Shown piece after piece: positions 1 to 9,968 of a stretch of DNA of 64,000 bases (positions are counted from its first letter, which is position 1; the number at the start of each line of letters is the position of its first letter). Source of the DNA: Candidatus Hermodarchaeum yapensis (lineage in GTDB: Archaea > Asgardarchaeota > Hermodarchaeia > Hermodarchaeales > Hermodarchaeaceae); the NCBI GenBank assembly GCA_016840405.1, contig JAEOSK010000005.1, positions 39,797 through 103,796 on the forward strand. The letters run 5' to 3'. The notes beneath the pieces were generated by a model. That model had not been told where the DNA came from and searched no databases. It saw only the letters and a list, made by a program, of their open reading frames with translations. A program made the position numbers and the translations under genes.

Positions 1-59
1 GGATTGTTTATTGTGACTGTTACCACCTGTTTCTTTTTTTCAACTTCGACTAATGGCAT
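1..59 (-). CDS. N-terminus of a probable enoyl-CoA hydratase/isomerase (crotonase family); runs off the left edge
   Basis: Manual translation from ATG at 59 gives MPLVEVEKKKQVVTVTINNP, the typical crotonase start (V.TITLNRP-like). Confidence 0.7.
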   Translation of the reverse strand, partial: MPLVEVEKKKQVVTVTINN

Positions 60-137
60 TACTTTCTAGCTCCCACGACAAATTACGAGACATCCCATAA
101 AGTTTCGAGGTTCCTTTTACAGTTTGTTGTATTTGAT

Positions 138-164
138 ATTTCAATTCAAATTTCCAGTTGAAAT
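138..164. promoter_or_regulatory. Inverted repeat ATTTCAA-N13-TTGAAAT between divergent genes; candidate operator
   Basis: Perfect 7-bp arms at 138-144 and 158-164 in a divergent intergenic region. Confidence 0.35.
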
Positions 165-286
165 TAAGAAATCATGAAAAACAGAGATGTAACTACATCT
201 GGTTTCGGAATAATTTAAGCCCCTGGATGCCAATTATAATTCTGTTCCAATAAGGGATTCAGGTTTTACCCTGGATTTGGGACGGA

Positions 287-763
287 GTGTGTGGCTATTT
301 GAGTTCTACTGTTAAAAGTAGACAACCAAAAAGAAAACCGTCCAGACGACGGGTTATTGTTTCTGACACTCCAGAAGAGTTACCTGAAGCCATTGCTTGG
401 TTACGCAAGCTAGTAACCACAATTATTACGATGAACTTAGAAGGGATCATGCGATTGAAAGATCAGTTTGACCAGATTTACGATGATCACGTTGATGAGT
501 TTGACCGGAAACTTCGCAAGATAGATTTTGAAAAAGCCGAAGATATCCAAGGTCATTCCGATGCAAAAGTGGTCCTTGGTTATTTGTTAGCAGTCTGTAA
601 ATATCTCGAACGCCTTGCGGATATCAAGAAGCAAAATCAACATTCGTCTTCGCGAAAACAAGAATCGGATTCATTAGCGAATGCACTACAGAAAGACCTA
701 ACAAAAGAACTGCGTGCCTTCTCCCGTGAATTAGAACAAACCCATGGAATCAAACCCAAGTAA
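287..763 (+). CDS. Hypothetical helical protein with basic N-terminus (start may be TTG at about 299)
   Basis: 158-aa ORF, amphipathic helical composition, upstream TTTAA box; no recognised motif. Confidence 0.7.
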   Translation: MCGYLSSTVKSRQPKRKPSRRRVIVSDTPEELPEAIAWLRKLVTTIITMNLEGIMRLKDQFDQIYDDHVDEFDRKLRKIDFEKAEDIQGHSDAKVVLGYLLAVCKYLERLADIKKQNQHSSSRKQESDSLANALQKDLTKELRAFSRELEQTHGIKPK

Positions 764-881
764 TTCCAAAATAGCACTTTTGAAGCCGCCTTAATAGTTC
801 CATTACGTTTAGACGTTGCAGCAAAACCCTTTTGGAATTTAACACACCAATATCCTGCATAATTCAAGTTGGTTATGGAAA

Positions 882-1628
882 ATGACTGGAATTTCTTCGC
901 TTACTGCTTCTTTGAAAAAGAATCAATCTATTATTGATGAACTTGCAGCAACAACTCAAAAGGCATTGGCTTCACTTTTGAATCAAATCGACCGTCTCCT
1001 TGAATTATCCGCTCACTTACAGGAATCGTGGGAAGATCGACAGGCAACTGAAGAGGAATTATCTCATGATTCTTCCTCTTTGGCTGGTGAGCTTGAAGCG
1101 GAAACCCGGGAGAAGTCGAAGCTTGAAACAACAGATTCCACTCAAAGGCAGGTATTAGCAGAGGCAAAAGCAGAACGTGGGAAATTACAAGAAGAAGTAA
1201 CAACGGCGGAGAAAACTCTTGAAGACTTAGAAGATCAACTTCGCACCCTTGATCGGACCCTTCGAGAACAGGATAAAGCGCTGGTTAAGGTTGAGGAGCA
1301 ACTCAATAAGGTTGATGAGAAACACACTCACCAATTAGAGGACCTTGAAACAAAAGCAAATGAGGCGTTAAATGAAGCTGAATTATTGGAGGCAAAATAC
1401 AAAGCGCTTCGGTATCTTGTTCAAGAAAAAATCATAACCTCGCCTGAAGCAAAAGTGGCTCTTGAACTGAAAGGAAAAGAAACCGCGACTATTGATCATC
1501 TCCAAAAAACAACGTTCATAGGTCGATTCAAAGTCAGGGAAATTCTCGAGCAAATGACCGAACACAAAATTGTCAAGTTTGATCGTGGTTCAGGACAGGT
1601 GAAAGTGCTGAAACCCATTGATTTGTGA
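882..1628 (+). CDS. Coiled-coil protein with C-terminal winged-helix-like domain
   Basis: About 180 aa of E/Q/K/L heptads, then TIDHLQKTTFIGRFKVREILEQMTEHKIVKFD (HTH plus wing). Confidence 0.8.
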   Translation: MTGISSLTASLKKNQSIIDELAATTQKALASLLNQIDRLLELSAHLQESWEDRQATEEELSHDSSSLAGELEAETREKSKLETTDSTQRQVLAEAKAERGKLQEEVTTAEKTLEDLEDQLRTLDRTLREQDKALVKVEEQLNKVDEKHTHQLEDLETKANEALNEAELLEAKYKALRYLVQEKIITSPEAKVALELKGKETATIDHLQKTTFIGRFKVREILEQMTEHKIVKFDRGSGQVKVLKPIDL

Positions 1629-1648
1629 AATGCGTGAGGATGATATTG

Positions 1649-2386
1649 ATGGCTGAAATGAAAGAACTCCAACAAGGAATGGAAAAGAACCAAGCACAAA
1701 TGAAGGCTTTACGTGAAGCGTTTCACTCTCAAATGTCGGTCCTAGTTAACGAAGTTACCACGAGCTTACAAACCCTGACCCGTATTGAACGTGAATTTCA
1801 ACTCTCTGAAACTCGAATGCAAGAACAGCGAGAGACGATTAACCACCTTCAGGAACAATTGACCCAACTTCGAGAAACAGGAAGTGAGATGGAAGCTAAG
1901 ATTGCTAGTATCTTCAACGAACTTAACGAACATCAGCAAAAAATTGCAGCATATAATGCCACACTTATGGAAACCCAAGGTCGTATTGAAATCGTCGAAA
2001 ACGATGTCAACCAACGCAAGGCAGAAAGTGACGTGAAGCAGCGACAATTAGAGGAAAAACAACGTGAACTTGGACGCCGTAATGCTGAGAAGGATCAAGA
2101 AGTAACCAAATACAGAGAGGATTTTTCAAAAGCGAAGAAACAGGCAGGTCAAGTGAAGAAAGACAATCCCATGGCCAATTACTTATTGACTGAAGGCTTA
2201 GAACCCCCTGAACTCGATATTCTTGCAGTATTGATTCACAAGAAAGAAGTTACAGTAGCAGATCTCAAACGGACTGCTAAAACTCCCCCCGCAATCACGA
2301 CCCGCGTTTTGAAAGAAATGGAAAATAAGGGAATCCTTGAACTCACCAGTGATGATAAAGCCCGCTTAGCAATTTCCATAGAGTGA
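1649..2386 (+). CDS. Coiled-coil protein with C-terminal winged-helix-like domain (same architecture as upstream gene)
   Basis: Long coiled coil, then ELDILAVLIHKKEVTVADLKRTAKTPPAITTRVLKEMENKGIL. ATG at 1649 preferred over GTG at 1625. Confidence 0.8.
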   Translation: MAEMKELQQGMEKNQAQMKALREAFHSQMSVLVNEVTTSLQTLTRIEREFQLSETRMQEQRETINHLQEQLTQLRETGSEMEAKIASIFNELNEHQQKIAAYNATLMETQGRIEIVENDVNQRKAESDVKQRQLEEKQRELGRRNAEKDQEVTKYREDFSKAKKQAGQVKKDNPMANYLLTEGLEPPELDILAVLIHKKEVTVADLKRTAKTPPAITTRVLKEMENKGILELTSDDKARLAISIE

Positions 2387-2445
2387 ACCGACTTTACCAT
2401 TTTTGATAGCAAAGGATAAAGAGTGAAAGAGCGTTAAAGGGTGGG

Positions 2446-3432
2446 GTGGATGGTGCGACTTTGCACAGTGATCTAGATAAGAAGGCATTACGTGCTAAGA
2501 AGAAAGCAAAGTCCACATCATATCCTGAAAGACAATTAGAAGAACTTCTCAAGAATCAATCCTTGGAAATCCCGCACACCAAACATCATCTGGTTATAGG
2601 TGACAGCCGGGACATGCCCGAAATCGCTGATACTTCCGTCCATCTTGTTGTGACTTCACCACCCTACCCCATGATTGACATATGGAACGAGCTCTTCGAA
2701 GAAATGGGATGCCCCAATTTTAACACAATGCACGCCTATCTCGCTCAAGTTTGGAAAGAATGCTATCGGGTATTAGTCGATGGCGGTATTGCCTGCATCA
2801 ATATTGGAGATGCCCTACGCAAAATTGATGGAAAATTTCAATTGTATTCTAATCACGTTAAGGTTACCCAAGAGTGCGAAGCTCTAGGATTTACAAGCCT
2901 TCCATATATTCTGTGGAAGAAACCTACGACACGACCAAATGCATTCCTTGGATCTGGTCTACTCCCCCCTAATGCATATATTACCCAAGATTGTGAATTC
3001 ATTCTAATTTTCCGGAAAGGTCGTCCACGACGCTTTCCTCCAAAGGATTTGTATCGGTACGCAAGCCACTACAAGCTAGATGAACGCAACGCCTGGTTTA
3101 CTCAGATTTGGCAGCTTCCGGGTGCTCGCCAAGAGAATCATTATCTATCTCGTCGAGTGGCCGCTTTTCCAGAAGAAATTGCGTATCGACTCATTCGAAT
3201 GTTTTCAATAATTGGTGATACAGTTCTTGATCCCTTTCTGGGTTCGGGAACCACAATGAAGGTCGCAATAAACACTCATCGTAACAGTGTTGGCTATGAA
3301 ATAGATACTAAGCTAATTCCCACTATCAAAGAACGACTCTCAATTGAAGATGATATGTTCAACAAGTACTCAGTGGAAGCATTCGATATTTATCACCGTG
3401 AAGATGACTCGAAGGAATCATACAAAGGGTAA
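2446..3432 (+). CDS. Site-specific DNA methyltransferase, beta class (N4-C/N6-A)
   Basis: Catalytic VTSPPY precedes SAM-binding VLDPFLGSGTT. Confidence 0.92.
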   Translation: MDGATLHSDLDKKALRAKKKAKSTSYPERQLEELLKNQSLEIPHTKHHLVIGDSRDMPEIADTSVHLVVTSPPYPMIDIWNELFEEMGCPNFNTMHAYLAQVWKECYRVLVDGGIACINIGDALRKIDGKFQLYSNHVKVTQECEALGFTSLPYILWKKPTTRPNAFLGSGLLPPNAYITQDCEFILIFRKGRPRRFPPKDLYRYASHYKLDERNAWFTQIWQLPGARQENHYLSRRVAAFPEEIAYRLIRMFSIIGDTVLDPFLGSGTTMKVAINTHRNSVGYEIDTKLIPTIKERLSIEDDMFNKYSVEAFDIYHREDDSKESYKG

Positions 3433-3479
3433 ACACATATTACCCCCGAAGATATGAGTCTTGGACATAGGGCTAGCCC

Positions 3480-4397
3480 ATGATTTTAGCAATAGGAAAT
3501 ATTAACCTAGATTGGATTTGCACACTTCCCCGTCTTCCCGAACCAGATGAGAAACTCAATATCCAGCAGTTGGATATTCACCCTGGTGGTGCAGCAAGTA
3601 ATTTTGCTGTAAGTCTTGCTCGACTCGGATCTGATGCCACAATATTTGCTCATGTTGGCAATGATGCTGAGGGAACTGAAGCGCTTCGATCCTTAAAGGA
3701 AGAAAAAGTGGATACATCTAGGGTCATTATTGAAGACACTCTATCAACTGGTTTTGTCATTATTTTGGTGGGTGGGAATGGGCAGACGATGAAACTTCGA
3801 TTCCGAGGAGCAAACACCAAACTATCACCAAAAGACATCACACCAACACTTCTGGAAGATATCGAAATCGCCCATGCTGCAAGTGTTCCAATCCCTATAG
3901 CGAAAAAACTCGCTACAACCTCTGCCAAGGTTGGTACACGTTCATCCATTGATGTAGGTGAGGAATTGATCACCCCATATCTCGAGGAAGTGCGGGCGAT
4001 GATTTGCAGTTTTTCCATCGTCTTCATGAACAAACTTGTCTTCGAGCGTATCTTCAATGAGGAACCAACACCCCAGAAGGTCCAAAAGGAACTTGGAGGA
4101 AACCTCGAAGTGCTAAACGTTACATTAGGTGCAAAAGGTTCAATTACAGCAACAGCAGACACCGCTTTTCAGACACCAGCTTTCAACGTTACATCCGTTG
4201 ATACCACCGGAGCAGGTGATGCGTATGGGGCAGGGTTCATTCACTTTTTTAACCAACACTATCCCATCGAAAAAACGGCTGAGAGAGCAACCGCAGCAGC
4301 AGCGATGCAGATTACCCAACCTGGTGCTCGTGCCGGCTTACCCACTGCTTATGAAATCGAGGAGTTCATAAAAACTTACAAGCAAACAATGGATTAG
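3480..4397 (+). CDS. PfkB/ribokinase-family carbohydrate kinase
   Basis: PGGAASNFAV and VDTTGAGDAY signatures. Confidence 0.93.
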   Translation: MILAIGNINLDWICTLPRLPEPDEKLNIQQLDIHPGGAASNFAVSLARLGSDATIFAHVGNDAEGTEALRSLKEEKVDTSRVIIEDTLSTGFVIILVGGNGQTMKLRFRGANTKLSPKDITPTLLEDIEIAHAASVPIPIAKKLATTSAKVGTRSSIDVGEELITPYLEEVRAMICSFSIVFMNKLVFERIFNEEPTPQKVQKELGGNLEVLNVTLGAKGSITATADTAFQTPAFNVTSVDTTGAGDAYGAGFIHFFNQHYPIEKTAERATAAAAMQITQPGARAGLPTAYEIEEFIKTYKQTMD

Positions 4398-5287
4398 GTA
4401 AAGGTTATGACTACTGCCGTTTGGGATTCCATGGCAATCTGATGAGAAACACTACCCAGAATCCCCCTAAACCGTCCATCTCTTAACCGGCCGGGTTTTC
4501 GGTGACTACCCAAGATAATGAGGTCCACGTTCTCTTTTTCTGCAATATCAAGTGCTGCATCACCCACCTTTGGGACAGCAACATGCTTAGGAATGACTTC
4601 AAGTCCGGTTTGTTCAGTGAAAATACTAAGATCATCCATGAACAATTCCTTTCCAAGCTTCACTTCCGGTGTGTCTATTGCCTTTTGACTTGTCACAAAG
4701 GGTAGTCTAGTTAGATTCAATGCAATTAACTCTGCATCCTTTGCCACTGAACTTTTCTTCAATGCGGCCGCAACCCGAAGCGCCGCAATATCCTTTTTCG
4801 TGTCCCGAATTGGAAGAAGAATCTTCCGAAGAACTGGCTTAGAGAGCTTTTCCATGTTTTCAACCCATGAAGCCACCACTAAAACAGGAGCCTTACTTTT
4901 CCGTGCAACACGACGTGTAGTTGCCCCCAGCAAATGCCGATGCTTAGGTCGTTGAGCGACACCCATGATTATCAAATCGCATCCGTTTTCTTTTTCATTC
5001 TTGAGAATCGCAACGGATGCTCGTCGCCGTTTCACTCGCTCATATGTAAATGGAACCCCAAGCTGTTTGGAAAGAGATCTTGCATGCTTTTGCAGACGAT
5101 CAATCCATTCATCTTGCACTTTGGACGCTTTCTCTTCACAGTGAAAGAGGACCACATTTGCCTTTGAATATTCTGCGAGACAAAAGGCCAAGTTGACGAC
5201 ATTCACCTCTCCGGGATATCCTTGCAATGGAGTGAGGATCTGCTTCATTTGGGGCTCTTCCCAGTCCTCGGAAATTAGAAAGGTCAT
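4394..5287 (-). CDS. Universal stress protein with tandem USP domains
   Basis: Two DLII(M/L)G...LG(A/S)(T/V) USP motifs. Confidence 0.9.
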   Translation of the reverse strand: MTFLISEDWEEPQMKQILTPLQGYPGEVNVVNLAFCLAEYSKANVVLFHCEEKASKVQDEWIDRLQKHARSLSKQLGVPFTYERVKRRRASVAILKNEKENGCDLIIMGVAQRPKHRHLLGATTRRVARKSKAPVLVVASWVENMEKLSKPVLRKILLPIRDTKKDIAALRVAAALKKSSVAKDAELIALNLTRLPFVTSQKAIDTPEVKLGKELFMDDLSIFTEQTGLEVIPKHVAVPKVGDAALDIAEKENVDLIILGSHRKPGRLRDGRFRGILGSVSHQIAMESQTAVVITFT

Positions 5288-5384
5288 GTATTATCGACTC
5301 CGACTTAACCAGCAAAAGACGTATGACGTTTAACAAAAGTGTATTGGTAGTTTGGTACCGATAAAATTAGTTAAAAAGTAAACG

Positions 5385-5798
5385 CTATTGGGTGATCCGG
5401 TGAGTGGCGCTTTTGATTGCAGATTCTAATTCAGAAAAAGTCAATTCATCTGGAAAGACTGGAACGGTATCCATGTCTTCCAAACTGATTGACAATAAAA
5501 ACCACAGGGCTTTGACTAGGATCTGTTGTAATTCGGCAGGTGAGGCTTGGATTACTTCCTGATTTAGTTCATCCAATGTTTTGCTTGCATGTGCTGTTTT
5601 TTTCTGTCCGTGGAGCTCCAAGTAAACGGGAGTCCAGCGATCGTAGAAGAATTTCATTGCGTCACGGATGTTGTAGTTGAACAGGTTACGGAGTTGTTGG
5701 GCATCTACCCCATTGGTTGCAGCATCCATTACCTCGTCAATCCGTGGTAAGAGGACATCAGCAACGAAACTCTCAAGTTGATCATTGGGATTGGCCAT
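5385..5798 (-). CDS. Hypothetical alpha-helical protein
   Basis: 137-aa ORF with ATG start and protein-like composition; no motif recognised. Confidence 0.7.
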   Translation of the reverse strand: MANPNDQLESFVADVLLPRIDEVMDAATNGVDAQQLRNLFNYNIRDAMKFFYDRWTPVYLELHGQKKTAHASKTLDELNQEVIQASPAELQQILVKALWFLLSISLEDMDTVPVFPDELTFSELESAIKSATHRITQ

Positions 5799-5799
5799 T

Positions 5800-6250
5800 A
5801 GTTAACATCCGTATTGTGTTTTCTGATTGGAAAAGTAGAAAATGGTTACATAAAAATCCATATGTAATACCCTAAATGTTCAAATTTAGTATTAGCCAAA
5901 AACTTCGAAGAATCGTTCAAATCATTGTAATTAGTAACGTTATCCTATCTGATTTTATATTATATGAACTTTTTATATTATTTTTTATATTTATATTATT
6001 ATAGTCTTTTCATAACTACCCTATTACTAATCACGTACGCATTTTTATCAAATTAATAACTTATATCTTTTAGTAATCTATGCGACCATTACGACGCGAA
6101 TTTTATCATACTAACTCTTTTAATGTGACACATATAATTTAATAGAACCAGAATTTAACCAATTTCATTGAATATTTGAACAAATCATTGTATATAAGAT
6201 ACTGTTTCGGTTTAATTTGTATTGCTCTTGGATAGTGAAATAACCAATAA
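5800..6250. other. Extremely AT-rich intergenic region with short iterated motifs (possible origin or DNA-unwinding element)
   Basis: Near-pure A/T tract at about 5953-6003; repeated TTAGTA(A/T), GTTCAAAT and CAAATCATTGTA motifs. Confidence 0.4.
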
Positions 6251-6254
6251 GACC

Positions 6255-6860
6255 TCATTTGAGGGAGTCAAGAAACTCTTTGGTTTCTTCACCCTCTTCA
6301 ACTAACACAATATCCTGAGCACCCGCACGTTCATAGTCATATCGTCGAGCAATTAACATCGCATGGAATTTTTCACGTCCCGTTGAAGAACCACCACGCC
6401 AAATGTAGATCTTATCAAAGGTGTCAAGGATAAACACATCATCAGATTTCAGGCTCTCCTTACTGCGAGGCACATCAACGAAGAGGTGTACTCCACCCAC
6501 GATGTTGAGCCGAAAGAGTTTGAACTCGTGTTTTTCGAGAATCACCTTCTTCAAGATCCCCTCGGTATCCTGGTCGTTGATATTGATACGACCACCAAAA
6601 AGGTCAAGGAAGGCTGGAGGTTCACTTCGGGCTTCAACGGTGACAAGACGTGCTACGCCTTTACGATCTTGATCCCGCCATACGGAGGTTACCGCGCCGA
6701 TGAAGCGTTCATCAACTGTGGCTCGACTTCCACACCAGAGATAGATGATGGGACCTGTATCGATTAGGTAGCAATCGCCATCACCAAAATCATTTACCAT
6801 GTCTTCGGGAACGCGGAGTACATGCCCCCGTTGGATATGGTATTTTCGAAAATCTGTCAC
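6255..6860 (-). CDS. Two-domain gelsolin-family actin regulator
   Basis: Two gelsolin repeats: GDCYLIDTGPIIYLWCGSRATVDE...EPPAF and SDDVFILDTFDKIYIWRGGSSTGRE...EETKEF. Confidence 0.92.
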   Translation of the reverse strand: MTDFRKYHIQRGHVLRVPEDMVNDFGDGDCYLIDTGPIIYLWCGSRATVDERFIGAVTSVWRDQDRKGVARLVTVEARSEPPAFLDLFGGRININDQDTEGILKKVILEKHEFKLFRLNIVGGVHLFVDVPRSKESLKSDDVFILDTFDKIYIWRGGSSTGREKFHAMLIARRYDYERAGAQDIVLVEEGEETKEFLDSLK

Positions 6861-7074
6861 GTTTCATTCCACCATAGACTGTTATCAAAGGGTGTTGAAA
6901 GCTTTCTATCCTAGCCTTGATGTGAACTTCCGTTTTTAATCTTCTTGAGCAAATTGAATTCTAAATGAATTGGTTAGAGTCAACCAAGCCTTGCCAATAA
7001 AGGAAGAAATTTAAGATTTGATTGATGAAAAACTCGATGGAGATTTCTCTAACAGGAATCTTGAGTTGGATGGA

Positions 7075-8547
7075 ATGGGCTCAAACACTCGGTTAGGGAT
7101 TTGCAGTGTTGTCAGCGTCTTAATACTGCTGATGATTTCTCCTACGGTATATAACATTGATACTATGTTGCAAGCCCAAGTCATTACTGACCGTCTGGTA
7201 TCTGCCTATTGGTTTATGAATACAAGCTGTGTCGATTTCACTTATGGAGGACACTTCAATGAGCATGATCGTTTCGGCACACCCACAACAAGGGCTAAAC
7301 GTCTAAAAACAGAATCGAAAATCATCATTGGAACCTTAGATTTTTACAACATTACTCGGGATCCCGAAGTGTTGAGCCATGCTATTGACACATTCTATAC
7401 TATAGAGTCCAATATGCGTAATCTGAATCATACCTATAATCCAAGAATGGCTGAGGACTGGTCCAGTGCAATTATTAGTAATTCTCGCACGATAGATAAC
7501 TCATTCTTCATCCGTGCTCTCGTTCTTTTGTACGAGCATACTGGGAACCGAACCTATTATCAAACTGCTGTTTGGCTGATGTCCTTCATTTCGTATTTTC
7601 ATCGTAATGCGGCTTATGGAGGATATCACATAGAAGTTGATGAGTTCGGTAATCCAAATTTTTACTACTATCCCTATGGCATGCTTCCTGGTCTTGTTGC
7701 ACTAGCAGCGGGATCTCTACCCAGCGTTGAACCCAGAAATACGAGCTTTTTAGATGAATTGAATTATGCTCTAAACTTCGCCTACGATGAGTATTGGGAA
7801 TTACCAAGGGGGGTTATTGTTATGGCTACACACCCCAAACAACAATCTATCAAGGTTGGAAATCCCTCTGGTTTCAATCGATTATGATGAAGGCGTTCAT
7901 TACTGGATACTTCTATACGGGTGATATTCTTTTCCGAGATCATTCAATTGAGATTGCCGATTTTATTATTAGACACTACACGGATTCAAATTCCGGGTTG
8001 GTTTCTGAGGTTACACAAGATCTATCTGTCCGTGATTCCATTAGGAACTCCGGAGCCCTAGCCAATATTGCCTCGGCATTTCTTGACATGTACATCTTCA
8101 CAGGGAATTACACATATTTGAACTATGGTTGGGATGCCATTAATTTTGTAAAGCAGTATCATTTCGATCCTGATCATTTGGGCTTTTTCAAGTTGTGTAT
8201 TGCTTCTGGAACTCCAGTTAATACGGAGAAGTGGTCGGAATTTCAGTATGAAATCATGATGACTTTAACCCGATATGAGTTTGGTGATTATCCCCCTCCC
8301 ACCACGACTGAGCCTTCGCTAGGGTTTTTGCTCCCTTTGATTATAATCGGTGGAACAATCATAGTCGTGCAAGTTCTCATATTAGCCATATTGCTAATCC
8401 AGAGAGGACAAAAATCCGTGAAACATCCTCGATGAATTTCATCTAGCGATTCATTCGATCCCCAGAGGGTTCGATTATGCATTTTTTGTGGTGATCGAAT
8501 CAAGCCAAGTGACAGTTTTTTGGGCAGGCTGTGGTAATGAGGTTTAA
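7075..8547 (+). pseudogene. Disrupted membrane-anchored (alpha/alpha)6-barrel protein (GH76/AGE-epimerase-like) with C-terminal zinc ribbon
   Basis: Signal peptide; barrel repeats (LYEHTGNRTY, YFYTGDILF, YIFTGNYTY) split by a frameshift near 7800; TM helix; in-frame TGA at 8433-8435; then CIFC and a frameshifted second knuckle (WAGCG). Confidence 0.75.
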
Positions 8548-8570
8548 TAACGCCTAAGGGCAATTTTGAA

Positions 8571-9767
8571 TCAGATGATGTTGAGTTCTTTCCCTACTTT
8601 ATCAAAAGCGGTAATGGCCCCGTTTAAATCATCCTTTGTGAGTGCGGCATTCATCATTACTCGGATTCGAGCTGTGCCACGGGCAACCATAGGATATACA
8701 ATGGGTAATGCAAATACACCCTCTTCGAAGAGACGGACGCTAAACTTCTGAGCTGCATCACTTTCTCCAATCATTACAGGAATGATTGGTGTTTCACTCA
8801 TACCCGTGTTGAAGCCCAAGTCGCTCATAGCGCCAATGAAGTAGGCACGGTTCTTCCAGAGATTTTCTACATGTTTGGGTTCATTTTCAAGAATATCAAT
8901 GGCAGCAATACATGCCGCTGCAACGGGTGGAGGGTGAGATCCACTAAGGAGCCAAGTTCGGGACTTATTGTAGGCAAATTTTCGGAGGTACTCACTTCCG
9001 GAAACGTGACCTCCAACCACACCAAATGCTTTGGAGAATGTGCCCATTTCGACGTGAACATCTTTATGGGTTAGCTTGAAGTGGGAGACTATCCCTCGAC
9101 CACCTTCACCGAGGACCGCTTCGCCGTGGGCATCATCGACATAAATCATTGCACCGTGGGGTTTGCAGATTTTGACAATCTGGTCAAGGGGAGCAATGTC
9201 CCCATCCATGCTGAACACGCCGTCCGTGATGACGAGGATGCGTCGGTATTCCTTTTTCTTCGCCTCATCGAGAACCCGTCCTAAGTCCGGTGTATCAGCG
9301 TGTTTGAAGATAGCACGTTCGGCGCGGGTTAAGCGAACACCATCGATGATGGAACCGTGATTGAGTTCATCACTAATGATGAGATCTCCCTTACCCACTA
9401 GCTGGGGGATTAGACCAGCATTAGCGGCAAACCCGGTTTGATAGACCAGGCTAGCTTCCGCTCCTTTGAATTGTGCGAGACGGCGTTCGAGTTCTTCATG
9501 GAGATCCATGTTGCCCGCGATGGGGCGGACGCTGCCACTGCCAACACCGTGAGTTTTGATGGCGTCGATGGCGGCTTGTTTGAGTTTGGGGTGGTTGCTT
9601 AAACCGAGGTAATTGTTACTGCAGAGCATGATGACTTCCTTGTTGTCAACCATGGCTCTGGGAGAGCTGGGACCTTGGAGTTCGCGGAGCCTCCAGTCGA
9701 GGGCTTGTTTGACCAGCTCATTGTATTCGTCTTTGAGAAAAGCCGTTGGGTCACGTTTTGAAGACAT
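8571..9767 (-). CDS. kbl: Glycine C-acetyltransferase (2-amino-3-ketobutyrate CoA ligase)
   Basis: CSNNYLGL, DGVFSMDGD, DDAHG and GTFSKAFG PLP-lysine motifs; tdh nearby. Confidence 0.88.
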   Translation of the reverse strand: MSSKRDPTAFLKDEYNELVKQALDWRLRELQGPSSPRAMVDNKEVIMLCSNNYLGLSNHPKLKQAAIDAIKTHGVGSGSVRPIAGNMDLHEELERRLAQFKGAEASLVYQTGFAANAGLIPQLVGKGDLIISDELNHGSIIDGVRLTRAERAIFKHADTPDLGRVLDEAKKKEYRRILVITDGVFSMDGDIAPLDQIVKICKPHGAMIYVDDAHGEAVLGEGGRGIVSHFKLTHKDVHVEMGTFSKAFGVVGGHVSGSEYLRKFAYNKSRTWLLSGSHPPPVAAACIAAIDILENEPKHVENLWKNRAYFIGAMSDLGFNTGMSETPIIPVMIGESDAAQKFSVRLFEEGVFALPIVYPMVARGTARIRVMMNAALTKDDLNGAITAFDKVGKELNII

Positions 9768-9968
9768 AAGGGACTCACCTTTGCCTGCATTCAGACGTTG
9801 GAGCTTTTAAATGGTTTCCGAATTCGAAGAACGGGGGTGGTCAAGAGTAAACCCTGTATCGCAGAAATGAATCCAAACTTTTTAAAAATCGCAGAAAATC
9901 GAACCATTCAGTTACCATGTATTAATATTCGCGATTACAAGTAATTTGAAGCGCGGAGATGGTTTCAT

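Noticed and set aside
151-164. TTTCCAGTTGAAAT resembles an archaeal mini-ORB
   Set aside because: Single copy, no G-string, no cdc6 nearby; better explained as one arm of a palindromic operator.
7795-7813. Programmed -1 frameshift
   Set aside because: No canonical X XXY YYZ heptamer in frame, and further lesions lie downstream.
8433-8435. In-frame TGA as selenocysteine
   Set aside because: Lies in a linker rather than at a Cys position, no SECIS seen, and the gene has other lesions.
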